This document shows, in pieces, positions 63,873-64,000 of a DNA stretch of 64,000 nt. Within the stretch, counting starts at the first letter, position 1. Every line of letters begins with the position of its first letter. Origin of the DNA: Chitinivibrionales bacterium (lineage in GTDB: Bacteria; Fibrobacterota; Chitinivibrionia; Chitinivibrionales; FEN-1185); assembly GCA_035516255.1 (NCBI GenBank), contig DATJAL010000019.1:22196-86195 (forward strand). Reading direction: 5' to 3'. Position numbers and translations under genes: made by a program. The notes below the pieces were generated by a model. That model was not told the DNA's origin. It made no database searches and was given only the letters and a program-made list of their open reading frames with translations.

Positions 63873-64000
63873 ATGAGCCAAAAGAAAAAAGCCCTTTTCC
63901 TTGACCGGGACGGCGTCATCAACGAAGACAGCGACTATCCCCACAAACCCGGGCAAATCGTGTTCAATCCGGGCGTGTTTGACCTGTGCCTCCAGGCGCA
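63873..64000 (+). CDS. gmhB: D-glycero-beta-D-manno-heptose 1,7-bisphosphate 7-phosphatase-like HAD-IIIA phosphatase (5' partial, runs off the window)
   Basis: MSQKKKALFLDRDGVINEDSDYPHKPGQIVFNPGV carries the DRDGVIN motif I and the spacing typical of GmhB/histidinol-phosphatase-family HAD-IIIA enzymes. Confidence 0.65.
   Translation, partial: MSQKKKALFLDRDGVINEDSDYPHKPGQIVFNPGVFDLCLQA

Overview
GC-rich chromosomal segment, apparently core genome of an FCB-group bacterium. A Fibrobacterota-like lineage is my inference, based on a TIGR02147-type paralog, many secreted proteins with Por/T9SS-type C-terminal tails, and GH2, GH30 and beta-helix glycan-degrading genes. I call about 55 protein genes and 3 tRNAs (Leu-CAA, Ser-GCT, Pro-CGG). 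There is one intact IS630-family element flanked by TA, one internally deleted IS1380-family remnant, and several families of structured intergenic repeats. Housekeeping blocks are aroF, purD-purE-tsaC, glgC-glgA(GlgM-like)-glgE, glgP-ptsI, folE, larE, cstA, an M16 peptidase pair and folK-dNK-panC. No CRISPR array, restriction system, toxin-antitoxin pair, reverse transcriptase or other recognisable defence module is visible. The observations most worth a second look are: (1) three same-orientation copies of the 5' half of tRNA-Ser(GCT) bracketing two AT-rich cargo segments that have no integrase. (2) Three tandem STAS/SEC14-like paralogs, followed 63 nt later by a soluble multi-PAS hybrid histidine kinase whose stop overlaps the cstA start. 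(3) A minimal Ser/Thr kinase translationally coupled to a 717-aa protein with a degenerate GGDEF-like C-terminus. (4) A hairpin-rich non-coding stretch upstream of tRNA-Pro. (5) A 119-nt two-hairpin element present twice in the window. All functional calls come from motif recognition by eye. No searches were run, and start codons are often uncertain.
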